This document shows, one piece after another, positions 24,625-37,653 of a stretch of 57,038 nt of DNA (position 1 is the first letter of the stretch; the number at the start of each line of letters is the position of its first letter). Source of the DNA: Octopus sinensis (Eukaryota). The notes under the pieces were generated by a model. The model saw nothing but the letters and a program-made list of their open reading frames with translations. It made no database searches and was not told the origin of the DNA. The stretch spans positions 1 through 57,038 of the forward strand of contig NW_021833582.1 of NCBI RefSeq assembly GCF_006345805.1, given 5' to 3'. Both the position numbers and the translations under genes were made by a program.

Positions 24625-24840
24625 TTGTTTCATTTATTTGTCTGCGATCATATTGGACAACCAATTTAATCGACCCCAAGGCTTATTCTTTGTAAACGCT
24701 GTACTTATTCTATCGGTCTCTTTTGGGCGGCCAGAGGTTATAGTAGAGGACATTTGACCAAGGTGCCATGCAATGGGACTGAACCAGAACTATCTGGTTA
24801 GTAAGAAACTTACTTACCACACAACCATTCCTATATATAT
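24625..24840 (-). mobile_element. tRNA-headed SINE, internally deleted
   Basis: Reverse complement has the head aggaatggttgtgtggtaag..gttcagtcccattgcatggcacc, the same family as 25632-25990. The head is repeated again at ~25200-25300. Confidence 0.6.
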
Positions 24841-24929
24841 ATATATACTATTTATTTATTATTTTGTACTTTACTTAATTATAAGTAAATGTTTTATCGT
24901 ATATCTAATTTTGTTCTATATAATTTTAT

Positions 24930-25367
24930 ATATGAACATGCTTTAAATAAAAGCAGCAGAAATATAACAAAAGCTGTTACTTAGAGTTTCACGTTCCCGT
25001 TCGTAAAATGGAACAGAAATAAAGATAAAGCATATTACTCTATCTCTGGTATTTGAGTACTCTTTTTTCCACCTTATATATATTAAGGTATTAATATGTG
25101 TATATGTATAAATATTCATATGAATGTATATATGTGTATATATATATGTGTGTGTGCACATGTTACATATGTATATGTATACATACATACATACATATAG
25201 AGGTTATAGTAGAGGACATTTGCCCAAGGTGCCATGCAATGGGACTGAACCCAGAACTATCTGGTTAGTAAGAAACTTACTTACCACACAACCATTCCTA
25301 TATATATATTATATATATATATATAATATATATATAATATATATATATATATTATATATATATATAT

Positions 25368-25416
<49 letters not shown>

Positions 25417-25586
25417 GGAGTACGCACATAAATACGAAACAAGGTGGAAAAAAGAGTACTCAAATACCAGAGATAGAGTAATATGCTTTATCGTTATTTC
25501 TGTTCCATTTTACGAACGGGAATGTGAAACTCTAAGTAACAGCTTTTGTTATATTTCTGCTGCTTTTATTTAAAGCATGTTCATAT
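24930..25586. repeat. Inverted pair of ~145-bp PLE-terminus derivatives (24930-25075 / 25441-25586)
   Basis: The arms are reverse complements of each other and share sequence with the 21803-21960 PLE terminus. They retain acg-ggaa-cgt-GAAAC-tctaa-GTA-acag but have lost CTGATGA. Confidence 0.75.
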
Positions 25587-25591
25587 ATATA

Positions 25592-25631
<40 letters not shown>

Positions 25632-25632
<1 letters not shown>

Positions 25633-25990
25633 TGCAGGTGTGGCTGAGTGGTAAGAAACTTGGTTCCAAAGCAGTCCCACTGTGTGGTAACTTGTTATGT
25701 GTCTTCTGCTAAGGCCTCAGATCAAACAAAGTCTTCTGAGCGGATTTGGTAAACAGAAACTGAAAGAAATCCATCGTATATATATATGCATATATCTAAG
25801 TGTATGTGTGTCTTTGTGTCTGTGTTTCTTCTTCATCACTGCTTGACAACTGATTTTGGTATATTTACATCTCCGTAGCTTACTGGTTTGACAAGAAGTG
25901 ACTGATAGAATAATTACTAGGCTTATCAAAATATATAATAGCCCTGAGGTCGATCCGTTCGACAAAAAATTCTTCAAAGCAGTGTCTCAT
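25632..25990 (+). mobile_element. tRNA-headed SINE
   Basis: A-box-like gtggctgagtggtaag head and an internal (TA)/(TG) tract. The body is shared with 51465-51800. Confidence 0.65.
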
Positions 25991-26035
25991 ATTTTCATTT
26001 GCACAATCAATTGCATCTATCAATCTACCTTTCTG

Positions 26036-26102
26036 TATGTATGTATGTATGTATGTATGTATGTATGTATGTAGTATGTATGTATGTATGTATGTATGTA
26101 TG

Positions 26103-26145
<43 letters not shown>

Positions 26146-26146
26146 A

Positions 26147-26231
<85 letters not shown>

Positions 26232-26236
26232 TATAT

Positions 26237-26322
<86 letters not shown>
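26036..26322. repeat. Compound microsatellite (TATG)n-(TATC)n-(TA)n-(GATA)n
   Basis: Directly visible. Confidence 0.95.
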
Positions 26323-26324
<2 letters not shown>

Positions 26325-26640
26325 ATAAATTGCACATGGCCGAGCGTTGTATTCTTTCTTGTCTTGAGGTTCAAAGCCAAACGGCAGTGTGGATTCGTGT
26401 GAAAAATGGCACACATGTGAAGACGGATACATAGATTGGAATGCATTTTGTATTTTCTTTTCTAGCCCCCACAGTTACTAAGAAAATCGATTAAAACATT
26501 TTCTAATGGAATTTCCCCGCTAACATACACAAACTCTCTTTCCTTTTCTCACACATTCACTCACTACAAGTGAATAACAAAATTTCAGTTAACTCTCTCG
26601 GCCATATCGTACACCCCATCAAGCACACACACACGCACTG

Positions 26641-26723
<83 letters not shown>

Positions 26724-26984
26724 TCCTTTCCACCCAGTCCTATATTACAAATGTAAAATTTTTTTACGGAGAAGGGCTCTTGACTCCTTTTACTGCCGGC
26801 GATGGAGTAAAAAACGAAGACATTTTCACTTGTCTGGGCATTGCTATAACAGACAAATTAACAACACTTCGACTCGAGAGATAAACTCAAACCACTTCCT
26901 GCTGACTGCAAAATTCCGTCAAATTAGCCGGAAAAGCACACACATACACACACACACATCCATTTCATATATCTTCTTTCAATT

Positions 26985-27511
26985 TCTGCTTTATTGGATG
27001 CTCCCGACAGAACCGGAAAAACTTTTCTCATGAACCTCCTGCTAGCCAAAATTCGCCAGGATAATCGGATTGCCATAGGGGTTGCATCCAGCGGCATTGC
27101 GGCAACTCTACTGCATGGCGGTCGTACGGCACACTCAGCCTTCAAATCACCACTAGACCTGACCAAACAGGAAAGTCCAACTTGCAATGTTAGTCGTGGC
27201 TCAGCCATGGGGAATCTTCTCATTGAGGCGCTGGTCAAGCTGTTCTTATACTTCCAATATCCCTCACTCCCTCCGGTACGATCTACAAGTTTAAGCAGCT
27301 TCAATTTCCTATCAAACTCTCCTTTGCAATGACAATAAATAAGGCACAGGTTCAATCATTGCAAATGGTTGGTTTAAATCTCACAGAGCAAGTTTCCTCT
27401 CACGGTCAACTTTACGTTGGATGCTCCCGTGTTGGCAGGCCACAAAGTCTATACATTTGTGCATCAGAAGGGAAAACGAGAAACGTTGCCTACAAAGAAG
27501 CGCTCCACTGA
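26985..27511 (+). pseudogene. Helitron PIF1-like helicase remnant with large internal deletion
   Basis: LDAPDRTGKTFLMNLLLA..VASSGIAATLLHGGRTAHSAFK joined directly to QFPIKLSFAMTINKAQ.QSL..SHGQLYVGCSRV. A possible Helitron 3' hairpin (ccgggtgaaaccagg..ctaat) lies at ~28055-28085. Confidence 0.88.
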
Positions 27512-28081
27512 AAAGACGGCATTTCTTCACATCTTTCAAATCACACCATTCATCTGCCGCCTCAAAAGCTTCGTAGTCGCCGCGCCAACCAACATAACTT
27601 AGTGAGACACACCTTCACTCACTCACTCTATCTCTCTTTCTCTCTCACATACACAGGCGAACGCACGCATACACACAAACACACACATACACACACACTC
27701 TCTCTCTTACACACACACACGTCCATTTCACATATCTTCTTTCAATTTCTGCTCTTTGCAAAAATATTTTTACGGATACAACTACTTACAAAAATAGGGA
27801 TTAATGTATAATTTCTTTCTATGTTCATAATTAAATAAATGTTTTAATAATTAGACAGAGATTCAATACAATAGCTCTCAGAAACAAACTACGTACAAAT
27901 TCTTCCTTCACAACTCCTGAAGCAGGAGTGGGGGAGATGAATTTCCATACAGCTGGAAGCTCCAATCGAAACAGGGAACCCGAAATGATAAGGTTGAGAA
28001 ACGGTGTTACAGATTATGCCTAACCGAACGATCTCAGCCACATCATCCAAACAGACCGGGTGAAACCAGGCTTAACTGCTA

Positions 28082-28126
<45 letters not shown>

Positions 28127-28794
28127 GTTAAAAGTAGTTTTAATAGAACAATATAATAGTATTAGATACGGATATACCAAAAAGCAAGAATAAATGTAAA
28201 GAATATTACTTTAAAAAGGGTTATACTGGCCACATATTAAATAAAATAAATCTCTAAATCTTTAACACGAGAAAAATCCAAATATACCTAAAGAGTATCT
28301 TATAATTATCTCCCCTTGAATTTAACCTTTCAAATGATATTAGACTTAAAGAATTTTTTGTTTTTAGAGTAGTGTTTTTATTCTCATAAGGTTCAACTAT
28401 TTGCACAGGTTAAAGAAGAAGTAAACATGCAGATAAATATTCTTCCTTTATTAATTGCGGTAGATATTTTCATTTACTAGATTTATTCAATACATTTATA
28501 ACATATATAGAGGTTTTTCCCTGTTTTTTCCTGTTTTTTACTGTAATAATGGTAATATATACTAGTATTGATAGGGGTAAATTTCACAAAAAATTATCAA
28601 AGTTTATATAGATGGGTGGTTTAATTTGACGAGGTTATAAAATAGTCAATGAAGGTTTCTTTATGTTTAGTCATTTCTATATATATATATATCGTTATTA
28701 TATTTTTAGGTGTTTAATTTTATTAAATTCTTATGAATTTTTAATTTATTTAATATTTAAAATCTTTAAGTTTTGTAAAATTATATTAGGAAGT

Positions 28795-28836
<42 letters not shown>

Positions 28837-29195
28837 ATATATATATATTCTTGTCTTTAATGAAAACATCTTTAATGAAAAAATCTTTGAATTTGTATGG
28901 TTAAGTAGGATCCAACAAACCACCAGCGCAGAAACACGTGTAGCGTTGTTTAATATTATCTTCTGTCCCCACAGACTAATAACGGGTAAGGTATATATAT
29001 ACATATATATATATTTTTTGAAATAATTTTTCATTAATTCTGATGTCATTTATTTTATCGTACGATATAGTAGGTTTTAAAATGATTATATTATTAGATT
29101 AGTATTTGGGATATAACTTTCTGTGTACTCCAGAAAATAAGGTTGTCCTGGAATTGAAGTTGTGATCCTGTTGGTAAAATCCCAAATTTGTAATA

Positions 29196-29273
<78 letters not shown>

Positions 29274-29545
29274 CATATATAGGGAGAGAATTCGCAAAAA
29301 ACAAAAGGCGAAAACAAGTGTTGTAGTCAACAGACATATGTATTAGTTTAACGCTGGAGAAGTGAAAAGGTCTTTAACGTTTCGAGCCTATGCTCTGCGA
29401 CAGAAAGCAACACAGAAAGAAACAAGGAGAGAAAATAATGTGTATTGGCTAGCTATCTATCATAGTGATAAAATGATATTTATATGCACACACACATACA
29501 TGTATGTATATGTGCATATATATATATATATATAATATAATATAT

Positions 29546-29596
<51 letters not shown>

Positions 29597-30614
29597 ATAC
29601 ATGTAATTTTTACCATAGATATTAGACATAAATGAAGTAATATTCCTAAAATTTTAACTTCATAGCAGTTAGTAAAACCCCTTACTAGGGGACTAACCCC
29701 CACAATTTAGTCAGTTTTCCCAGGCCAAGACGAATACAGTAGTAGTCATGGAAGCTGTAGAGTCACCCGACCATACAAGATGAGCGTTATTTGTTATTCA
29801 ATGGTACAACAGTGTAAGAGTTTGCTTTGAGACAAACTTAGATTGTAATTTCTGAAAAGTGGTTCATAAATAGTCAACTAAGGAGAGGCATGTTAGCCTA
29901 CACTGGTTCAGTTGCAAAGTGTTATTTTGCGTAAAGTGATTTGGTTGCAGACCTCCTTTGAGATCGTCCCCAGATGATAACATTGATTTCAAGGCCTTTC
30001 CAGATAAGTGACTGGCCATTCAAATAGATTTATAGATTTCAAATTTATTCTGTTCAGCTAGCTATCGGTATAGCGATTATTGGCAAACCCCAGAGGTGAC
30101 ATTTTAATTTCCCCTTAGCCCATACGTCACACAGTTGTTAATGTTTATTTCAGTTGGGTCACGCCCTTCTATTTTCTAGCTGACTGATTATTGTGATCAT
30201 TCGTCTCTTGGTTTCCTGTATCTTTGCTCTCTTTTACAACCCCAGTGAACATTCATATATTTCCGAGTTCAAAGAAATTTAAACAATAGATATAAGACAC
30301 AAGTTAAAAAAGATTCCCAACAATTCAACTTCTCTACTTGACTTGATGACCCCCTAATAGGGGCCTTAACTCCCACATTTTAGAGCTCCATGTACTCTTT
30401 TTTTCAGGAGCAAAAACCTTTGATTAGCTTTTATAAGGTTTGGATTTTGGGATCTGGGCATAAAGATGAGTAGTATGGGATAAATAGTCATAATTATAAT
30501 TTTTGTTAGTGTGCGTAAAGAAGGAAAGAACTCTCATTAAAATTCTTAATCTCCAATTTTGATGAAGTTGGAATCATATAAAAATATGAAAAGTCTAATT
30601 CTTCAATAGCATGT

Positions 30615-30644
30615 AACACGGGCAACGCCGGGTATCTCTGCTAG
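30615..30644 (+). mobile_element. Helitron-type 3' terminus
   Basis: cgggcaacgccggg-tatctctg-CTAG|t: a GC-rich sub-terminal element followed by CTAG. The 5' end was not located. Confidence 0.5.
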
Positions 30645-31022
30645 TATTCTATATATTTCTCCTGAAATGATCTTCACTGATTGGATTAACAGAATTCCAA
30701 ATGCATAGGATTCTACAATACCCTCATAGGTATTGGTTTACTATGTGGTTTGTACTTCGTTTCACTACAGCAGTTTTTTGTGTGATTACCACCGGATTAT
30801 ATAAATCCATATATTGCCCATTAACATGCGCGTGTGTGTGTGTGTGTATGGATGTATGTATGTATATGAATATATGCATACTTATACATATATATAGGTA
30901 TATATGTATACGTACACAAATATATATATACTTACATAAATAGTGTGATTCTGTATGTATGCATGGTTGTGCATGTGTGAGCGTGCGTGTGTGTGTGTGT
31001 GTGTGTGTGTGCGTGTGTGTGC

Positions 31023-31061
<39 letters not shown>

Positions 31062-31107
31062 TTTGTTTGTTTGTGCTTGTGTAATTACAGTTCTTCCAGT
31101 TACACAT

Positions 31108-31346
31108 TTATCGCATGACTATCTCGCATATATATCTCTCACAGCCCTGCTCGTTGCAACCTTCATCATTCCATCTGTGATTACTTCTCTCGTCTAAAAG
31201 TCCACAGTGCTGAATGCCACCATGATTGTCAGGCCTACCCACCATCCAGAAATCATAAGTAGGTGCTTCTCCATTCTGCCATAGAAAGACGTCTTTCTTC
31301 ATGTCTTTACACAATCCAAAATAAAAGTTTTCGTTTGGCCACTTTT
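31108..31346 (-). CDS. PAN + C-type lectin protein, last coding exon (C-terminal CTLD)
   Basis: Acceptor tttgtttttcag, phase 1. Reads (E)KWPNENFYFGLCKDMKKDVFLWQNGEAPTYDFWMVGRPDNHGGIQHCGLLDERSNHRWNDEGCNEQGCERYICEIVMR* and joins in frame to exon 41592-41765. Confidence 0.92.
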
Positions 31347-33437
31347 CTGAAAAACAAACGTAAATCACAGATCAAGAATCGGCATGCAAATACATTTTAT
31401 TATTCGATGTATATTTTACCATTATAGAATCTTATTGATATTCTTGTTATTGTTGTTGTTAAGCAGCCATGATCAATCATGATATTCCGCCTTATTTGTG
31501 CTTGCACAATGCATTCTGGACTATATTATGTAGTTAGGACCAGTCAAATGATCACTCAGTGCAGTTATTTTCACCCACTCTGATGCAGCTCAAAATCTGC
31601 ATATAATCCGGTGGTGTGTCCCGTGTTTTGCAGGTAGGAGAGAAATGACTTAACATTTTTAAACGCATCAGAATGTAATGAATTCCCCATTTGTGTTTTA
31701 AAACTATATTTTTACATACAAACATACGTTCCTATAGACGTACCTAACATATGAGAATATATTGGACTGTCGGATTTAACCAAATTTAATGTAACTTGGA
31801 TTGAAAAAAAGTGTTTTTAATAGGCTCGGTTGTTTAGAATTATGCCCACAAGGTAGTTTCGACTTTCAGAAACACATTTTCACGCTTCTCGTACAGACAT
31901 AAACGTAACACTCTAAAATAAAACTAAGAAACCCAACATTCATGTATATTGGATTCAGTCATTGAAGTGCAGTTATACAAAAACAAAATTTTCTTTAACT
32001 TATCATAACTAATGTACAGAAAATATGGTAATTTGCAAAATTAAAGTAGAAAAAGACGGATTAAGAACAAAGCCACAACTTTTTATATCCGGAATTCATA
32101 TTTTGCCGGCAGGGTGTTATTTGAACTCAGATTGAACTTTGGTTTTCCTTCTCTCTAGTATCGATGAAATAACAAGTATTCTATTAGAGTCGACGTAATT
32201 GAAATATTGCTCCTCCAATTCTTTGAGCTGTGTTCGGGTTAAATTAGATAGTTTGCATAAAATATCAAGAAAACACAATATTCCATCCAAAAATAAAATA
32301 TATATTTTTGTTTTTAGATATTAACGAGATTGTGGTTAGCAAATAATGCTTTACTCAAGGTAGCGGCCTCAGTTTCCAACACGGCCTCAAGACAGGTCCG
32401 AAACTTGGTCCATGCATTTCTCAATGTGTACAAAGTTAAATCTTCGAACAACTCGGCCTTAGCGTTGCAGGCAGCGCATTTGATTACTTTCTCAACTGCA
32501 CCACACACATAGTAACCCGTTGAATTAAAATTGGGGAACTTAGGATCCCAGAAATTGGGGCTGGTGAAATCGTAAATATTTTACGACAACCACTTGAGAT
32601 AGAGCAAGGAGACGAATCATTCCAGCAACTTTGGGGTAACTTTGTTTCCATGATGTACATATCACATCTTACAGCCTCTACATTTCTCACAAATCACTCT
32701 TTGAACCGAAATCATGATGTCGGCGTTTGAATACTCGCTGCTATTGACCATGATACAGGTAAATCCTTACCAACATTCAGATGGCTTCCATTCCTATATG
32801 TTAGCTAAAGTTTTCTCAACTACAACTTTTATCTTTATGCTTCCCAACGCTGTTGATTGTTCACCAATATATGACGCTTCTCTTGAAAAGAGGACACATA
32901 AATAGTTGACAAATTTAATCTAAAATCCTGCTTCTAGAGACTCGAAAACTATTTGATTACTGAAATAGGCAGTGCTATTATTTATGCAAGATTTACATGA
33001 ATAACAGTAAATTTGTCTAATGTATTTTAGTCGAGTACGATTTTCGCATTGTAAATAAACAAGACAATTATGTAGAAAAGTAGGAAATGGAATAGATTTA
33101 CTTTATAAAAGAAAATAATAAAGATTTTGCATTTACATATTTGCTTATGTACAGCAAATTTTCTGTATCATTTATATTCATAACGTTTAACAATAACAGA
33201 GTTATCTCTTTAACTAAGTTGTACCTATTCTTAAATCTTTCTTACAAAATTAGTAACTTTGTCTTCTAGGGAAGTCAGCAATGTGTGTCAATAGTTAAAA
33301 TTAATATGAATTAATAGTTAAAATTAATAGTTAAAATTAATATGACAGATAATCACATACTTCTTATGATATAAGTATGTGCTTTTCAAGCTGAATGCAA
33401 AGTATAGCTTTAGAAATTTATTAATGTGGTGGTAATA

Positions 33438-33438
33438 T

Positions 33439-33478
<40 letters not shown>

Positions 33479-33530
33479 GGTGGTGGTAGTAGTAGTAGTA
33501 TTAGGAGGAGGAGGAGGAGGGGGGAGGTGC
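33438..33530. repeat. Compound trinucleotide microsatellite (TAG)n-(TGG)n-(GGA)n
   Basis: Directly visible. Confidence 0.9.
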
Positions 33531-34648
33531 TGGAGGGGATGAAGTGGAAGTGGATGAGGTGCTGCAGCAGCAACAGTTGTCTAGCCTTGGAGTTGTCCTA
33601 GACAATGAGATGACTTAATATTGCAGGTATCTCCACGACGTTTCTTTTTGTACATCACTATGTAGACGTGGCCCTATGTGACGTACATTTCTTGTGGCGG
33701 TTGGTGTGATGTAAAAGTGATTTAACTGCTATTTCTAGCCAGTCAAACAACACAGATGTCTGGAGTTGCATTGTATTGTCAAACTTAAAGTGCACGATCA
33801 CATACTGAAGGACCAGAGAATGGGAAATTCAGGTGCTCATGCTATTTCCCAATTATATGATTTATGTGAATTATAAGTATGGATGTTAATACTGTGAAAT
33901 TGCAATGTTATAAAACAACAACAACAACGAGCATTTACTGTTATAATTGCATCTCTAGTTATTCTTTGTTTCTCTTTCAATAGTTTCTTAAAATACTGAG
34001 CTATGACATTTACTGTTACTAGAAGAGTTAGGGAACATCATAAAGTAGACTATAAATAATAATATAGTGGAATAGTATTTGTTAATTTCACGGTCACTAC
34101 GAGAAGGAACTTCACACATATTCACGTCTTAATATGACTTCCACTACAAATGTGTTTCATTGATAGATATGTTACAGCTTTGGAAATGATTCGGAGTATA
34201 TTTTCTGGCTTTTTACAATTTGAACTTATATCACTCCGAGGTCAACTTTACCTTGTATTCCTCCGTATTCAATGTAATCAACTACAAGCTATCCGCTTCA
34301 AATTACAGGAATGGGGGTCTAACTTAGAAATAATTACGAGCTCGTCAATGAATCTTATCCTATCGCATAAGTTAACTTAAATTGATTTCTTGTTATTTGC
34401 ACCAGTAAACTAGATACTGAAATCCATTCCTCGATCCTAGTGGCAAGAAAAATTCAGGAAAAGTAAAGAAATATTTCAACGTCTTCTATGTCTTCATGTT
34501 TTTCATATATATATAAATATGAATATATATATATATATATATATAAAACTTAGATAAAACTTAGATATGTTTCGACCAGAGATTGGTCCAGGCTATGTCT
34601 AACTTAATAGCACCACCTGATAGGATTATTCGAATCCTGTTTAAGTCA

Positions 34649-34734
34649 AGTTTTGTTCAAGTAGTGAGTTCTTGTTGGGTGAGTTGTATCCAGTTTTGTT
34701 CAAGTAGTGAGTTCTTGTTGGGTGAGTTGTATCC
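34649..34734. repeat. Perfect 43-bp tandem duplication in LINE 3' UTR
   Basis: agttttgttcaagtagtgagttcttgttgggtgagttgtatcc occurs twice (34649, 34692). Confidence 0.95.
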
Positions 34735-34736
34735 AA

Positions 34737-37653
34737 TTATGGGTGGCTTATCTGGTATTCTTTGAAGGAATCTATCAGACTCTGTTTAAAGTTGATGGGA
34801 TCCTTTTCCTCTTTGATCTCCCTCGGGACAATGTTAAATAGGGCAGGGCCTATTGAGGAAAAGAAATTATGTTGCAGTGTACATGTATGTTGTGATCTTG
34901 AATTTGGCAGGGGACGTATAGCCCGTGGTCCAAGTCTTGGATGAACCTTGAAGCTAATGTTTAGGTCGTTTGGGTAAAGTTGGCGGTATATTTTCCACAT
35001 CGTACAAATGATGTACCGCTCACGGCGACGCTGGAGGGAGTAAAGTTTCAAGGCTTTAAGGCGATCCCAATAATCGAGAGCAGCCATGCCTTCAATTTGT
35101 TTAGTGAGAGCCCTCTGGGGTGACTCAATTCTGGAGATGTTTTGTCTTGTGTGAGGAGACCACAGTGGGCAGCAGTATTCAAGGTGTGGCCGTACAAAGG
35201 AGGAAAAATGTGGTATGATGACACCTTGTTCTCTGGACCGGAAAGTTCTTAAGATCAAGGAACTCATCCTACGAGCTATATCGACCTTCTTGTTGATGTG
35301 TGCACTCCAACTGAGATCGTCATCAACAATTACACGCAGGTCTCTGATATTGTTAGAGGCTGTGAGCGGTTCCCCTGAAGGAAGAGAGTATGGTTGTTTT
35401 AGTGAGGAATTTCTTCCAAAATGCATCAGCTCAAATTTTCCCTCATTCAGTTGCATTTTGCTTCTGTCTACCCATTGACTCACAGCATATAGATCAGACT
35501 GGAGTTGAGTTCGGTCTGCTTCTTCATTGACGATTTGATGGAGCTTAGTGTCATCAGCGAATATTTTCACTTTGCAGTGATGTACGACACTGGAAAGGTC
35601 GTTTACGTAAATTATGAAGAGTAGCTGACCCAAAACAGTTCCCTGGGGAACACCGCTGGTGACTTTTGCTGGGTTTGAGTGGACTCCATCAACTACAACA
35701 TGTTGTGTTCTATTCGCCAGGAAATACTGTATCCAGTGTAGAACTTTTCCACGGATTCCAACATTTGCCAATTTCGAGAGTAGTATGTTATGGTCTACCC
35801 TGTCGAACGCTTTGCTGAAATCAAGATATATGACGTCAGAGTTCGAACCTGTTCCCAAGGCTTTGAGTACATCTTCAATGTGGTGTAAGAGCTGTGTTAG
35901 ACAGTCCCTGCCAGAGCGAAAGCCATGCTGATTTGAATTTAGGAGTTTGTGGGTCTCCAGGAAGTCAGCTATCCTTGATCTTAACACTCTTTCGAACACT
36001 TTAATGATGTGGGAGGTGAGTGAGATTGGGCGATAGTTGACTGCGAGGGATCTGTTTCCCTGTTTGAAAACCGGGATGACCGACTGGGATAGAAACTGTT
36101 TCGGTATATAACCTGCGTCTAACGAGTTTCTCCAGAGGTTGGTCAGAGGGACTGCAAGTTGATATCTACATTCCTTCAGGAGACTAGCGGGAAATCTATC
36201 AGGGCCTACAGCAGAGTAATGTTTGACCTCATTTATTGCTGCTACGATGTCGGTGGCAGTGAAGGTTATGTCTGCGATTTTGTGTTGGGAGTCAACTTCG
36301 TTCGTTTCCCTCACGTGGGAACACTGAAGACAGAGCAGTATTGTTTCTGCAGTATTTCTGCCATTTCTTTAGCATCGTGTTGGGGAATGCCGTTATCATC
36401 AATCAATGGCCCAATGGGTGAGACAGTGCTTCTATGCTTATTTGCATAAGAATAGAACACTTTTGGGTTCTGTTTGATGTTTTTGATTACCCATTGTTCC
36501 TCCACAGCTCTTTGATTTTCAATGGAGGTTTTCATGTTAGTCTGCAGATGAAGTTTTTCCAGCTCTAGTCTTTTCATTGTTGTTGAATGTGGATGTTGTG
36601 TGTGGGAATATTTTAATTGGTTGAATTTTTGTTGAGTCTTTTGATGCGCCTGATGAGTGTTTTTTTCTTTTTAGGGAGCCGGTTTCTGTTTGTGTTAGTA
36701 GATTTCTTGGGAGCGTGTTTAGAGCATGTATAGGTGACAATGTTTTCAAAGTGCTGCCACGCGGTCTCAATATGAGGGGAATTGAGAGTAAAAGACCAGT
36801 CGATGGAAGACAGATCCTTTCTGATTGTTCCCCAGTCCGCTTTGTGGAAGTTTATGTTGTCAAATGGGTGCCATGGAGTGGGAGTGGCTGGTTTGGTTTT
36901 TATATGTCGAGAATTAAGATTGCAGAGTACCATGTCGTGGTCTGAGAGGAGAGTTTTTTCGACTGAAATACTGTGAACGTAGCTAGAGTGATTGGTCAAT
37001 ACCAGATCCAAGATCGTTTTATTCTGTCTCGTTGGTTCAAGCACTAGCAGAGTCAGGAAATACTCATCCATCAGATTAAAGAGCAGTTCTGCTGCTGCCC
37101 TATCTGATGTAGAGCACTTGCCTAACTTCGGAGTATTTGTGGGCCAGTTCACATGAGGGAGGTTAAAATCACCCATCACTAGTATGTTTCCGGAGTGGTA
37201 CTTCCGAAGGAAGGACTTGACTTTGCTAAGGCACTCTTCTAAGTACTTTAGAGGTGCCTGGGGAGGCCTGTAAAGACCAACAATGGTTATGTCCTTGGCT
37301 TTGTTGTATAGTGATACCGATTCACAGTAGCCATTGGAAAATGTGTCCTTGGCATCAAGTGAAAAGGAGTCATGGATAAAGATGGCTGTCCCTCCCTTAT
37401 TTCGGTCTGTGCGATCCGCACGAACAATGGTGAAATCTTTTATTTTCACCCCTGCGTCCATATGGGTGTTGTTCAGGTGAGTCTCGGTAAGGATAAAGAA
37501 AGGGAAGCAATGTGCCATTTCGGCAATCCAACTCTCTATATATGGGATCTTCCATTTTTGGGCAATAATTGATGGGTTGATGCCACGTATATTTAACAGG
37601 AATGTCGAGGTAAGGGAAGTTGGTAATGGGTGAGTGGTCCTTGTGATTTGCAT
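34737..37653 (-). pseudogene. LINE ORF2: apurinic endonuclease + reverse transcriptase, frameshifted
   Basis: APE: LLNIRG, LTETHL, GGTAIF, YRPP, MGDFNLP, LDLVLTN, SDH. RT: NYRPISLTS, QHGFRSGR, YLDFSKAFDRVDH, SGVPQGTVLG, FADD, RPHLEYCCPLWSP. Three ORF-track segments in different frames. Confidence 0.93.

Noticed and set aside
28130-29040. AT-rich segment ending near a GAAAC-acgt-GTA motif, possibly a decayed PLE
   Set aside because: No CUGANGA core and no translatable diagnostic motifs were found by eye.
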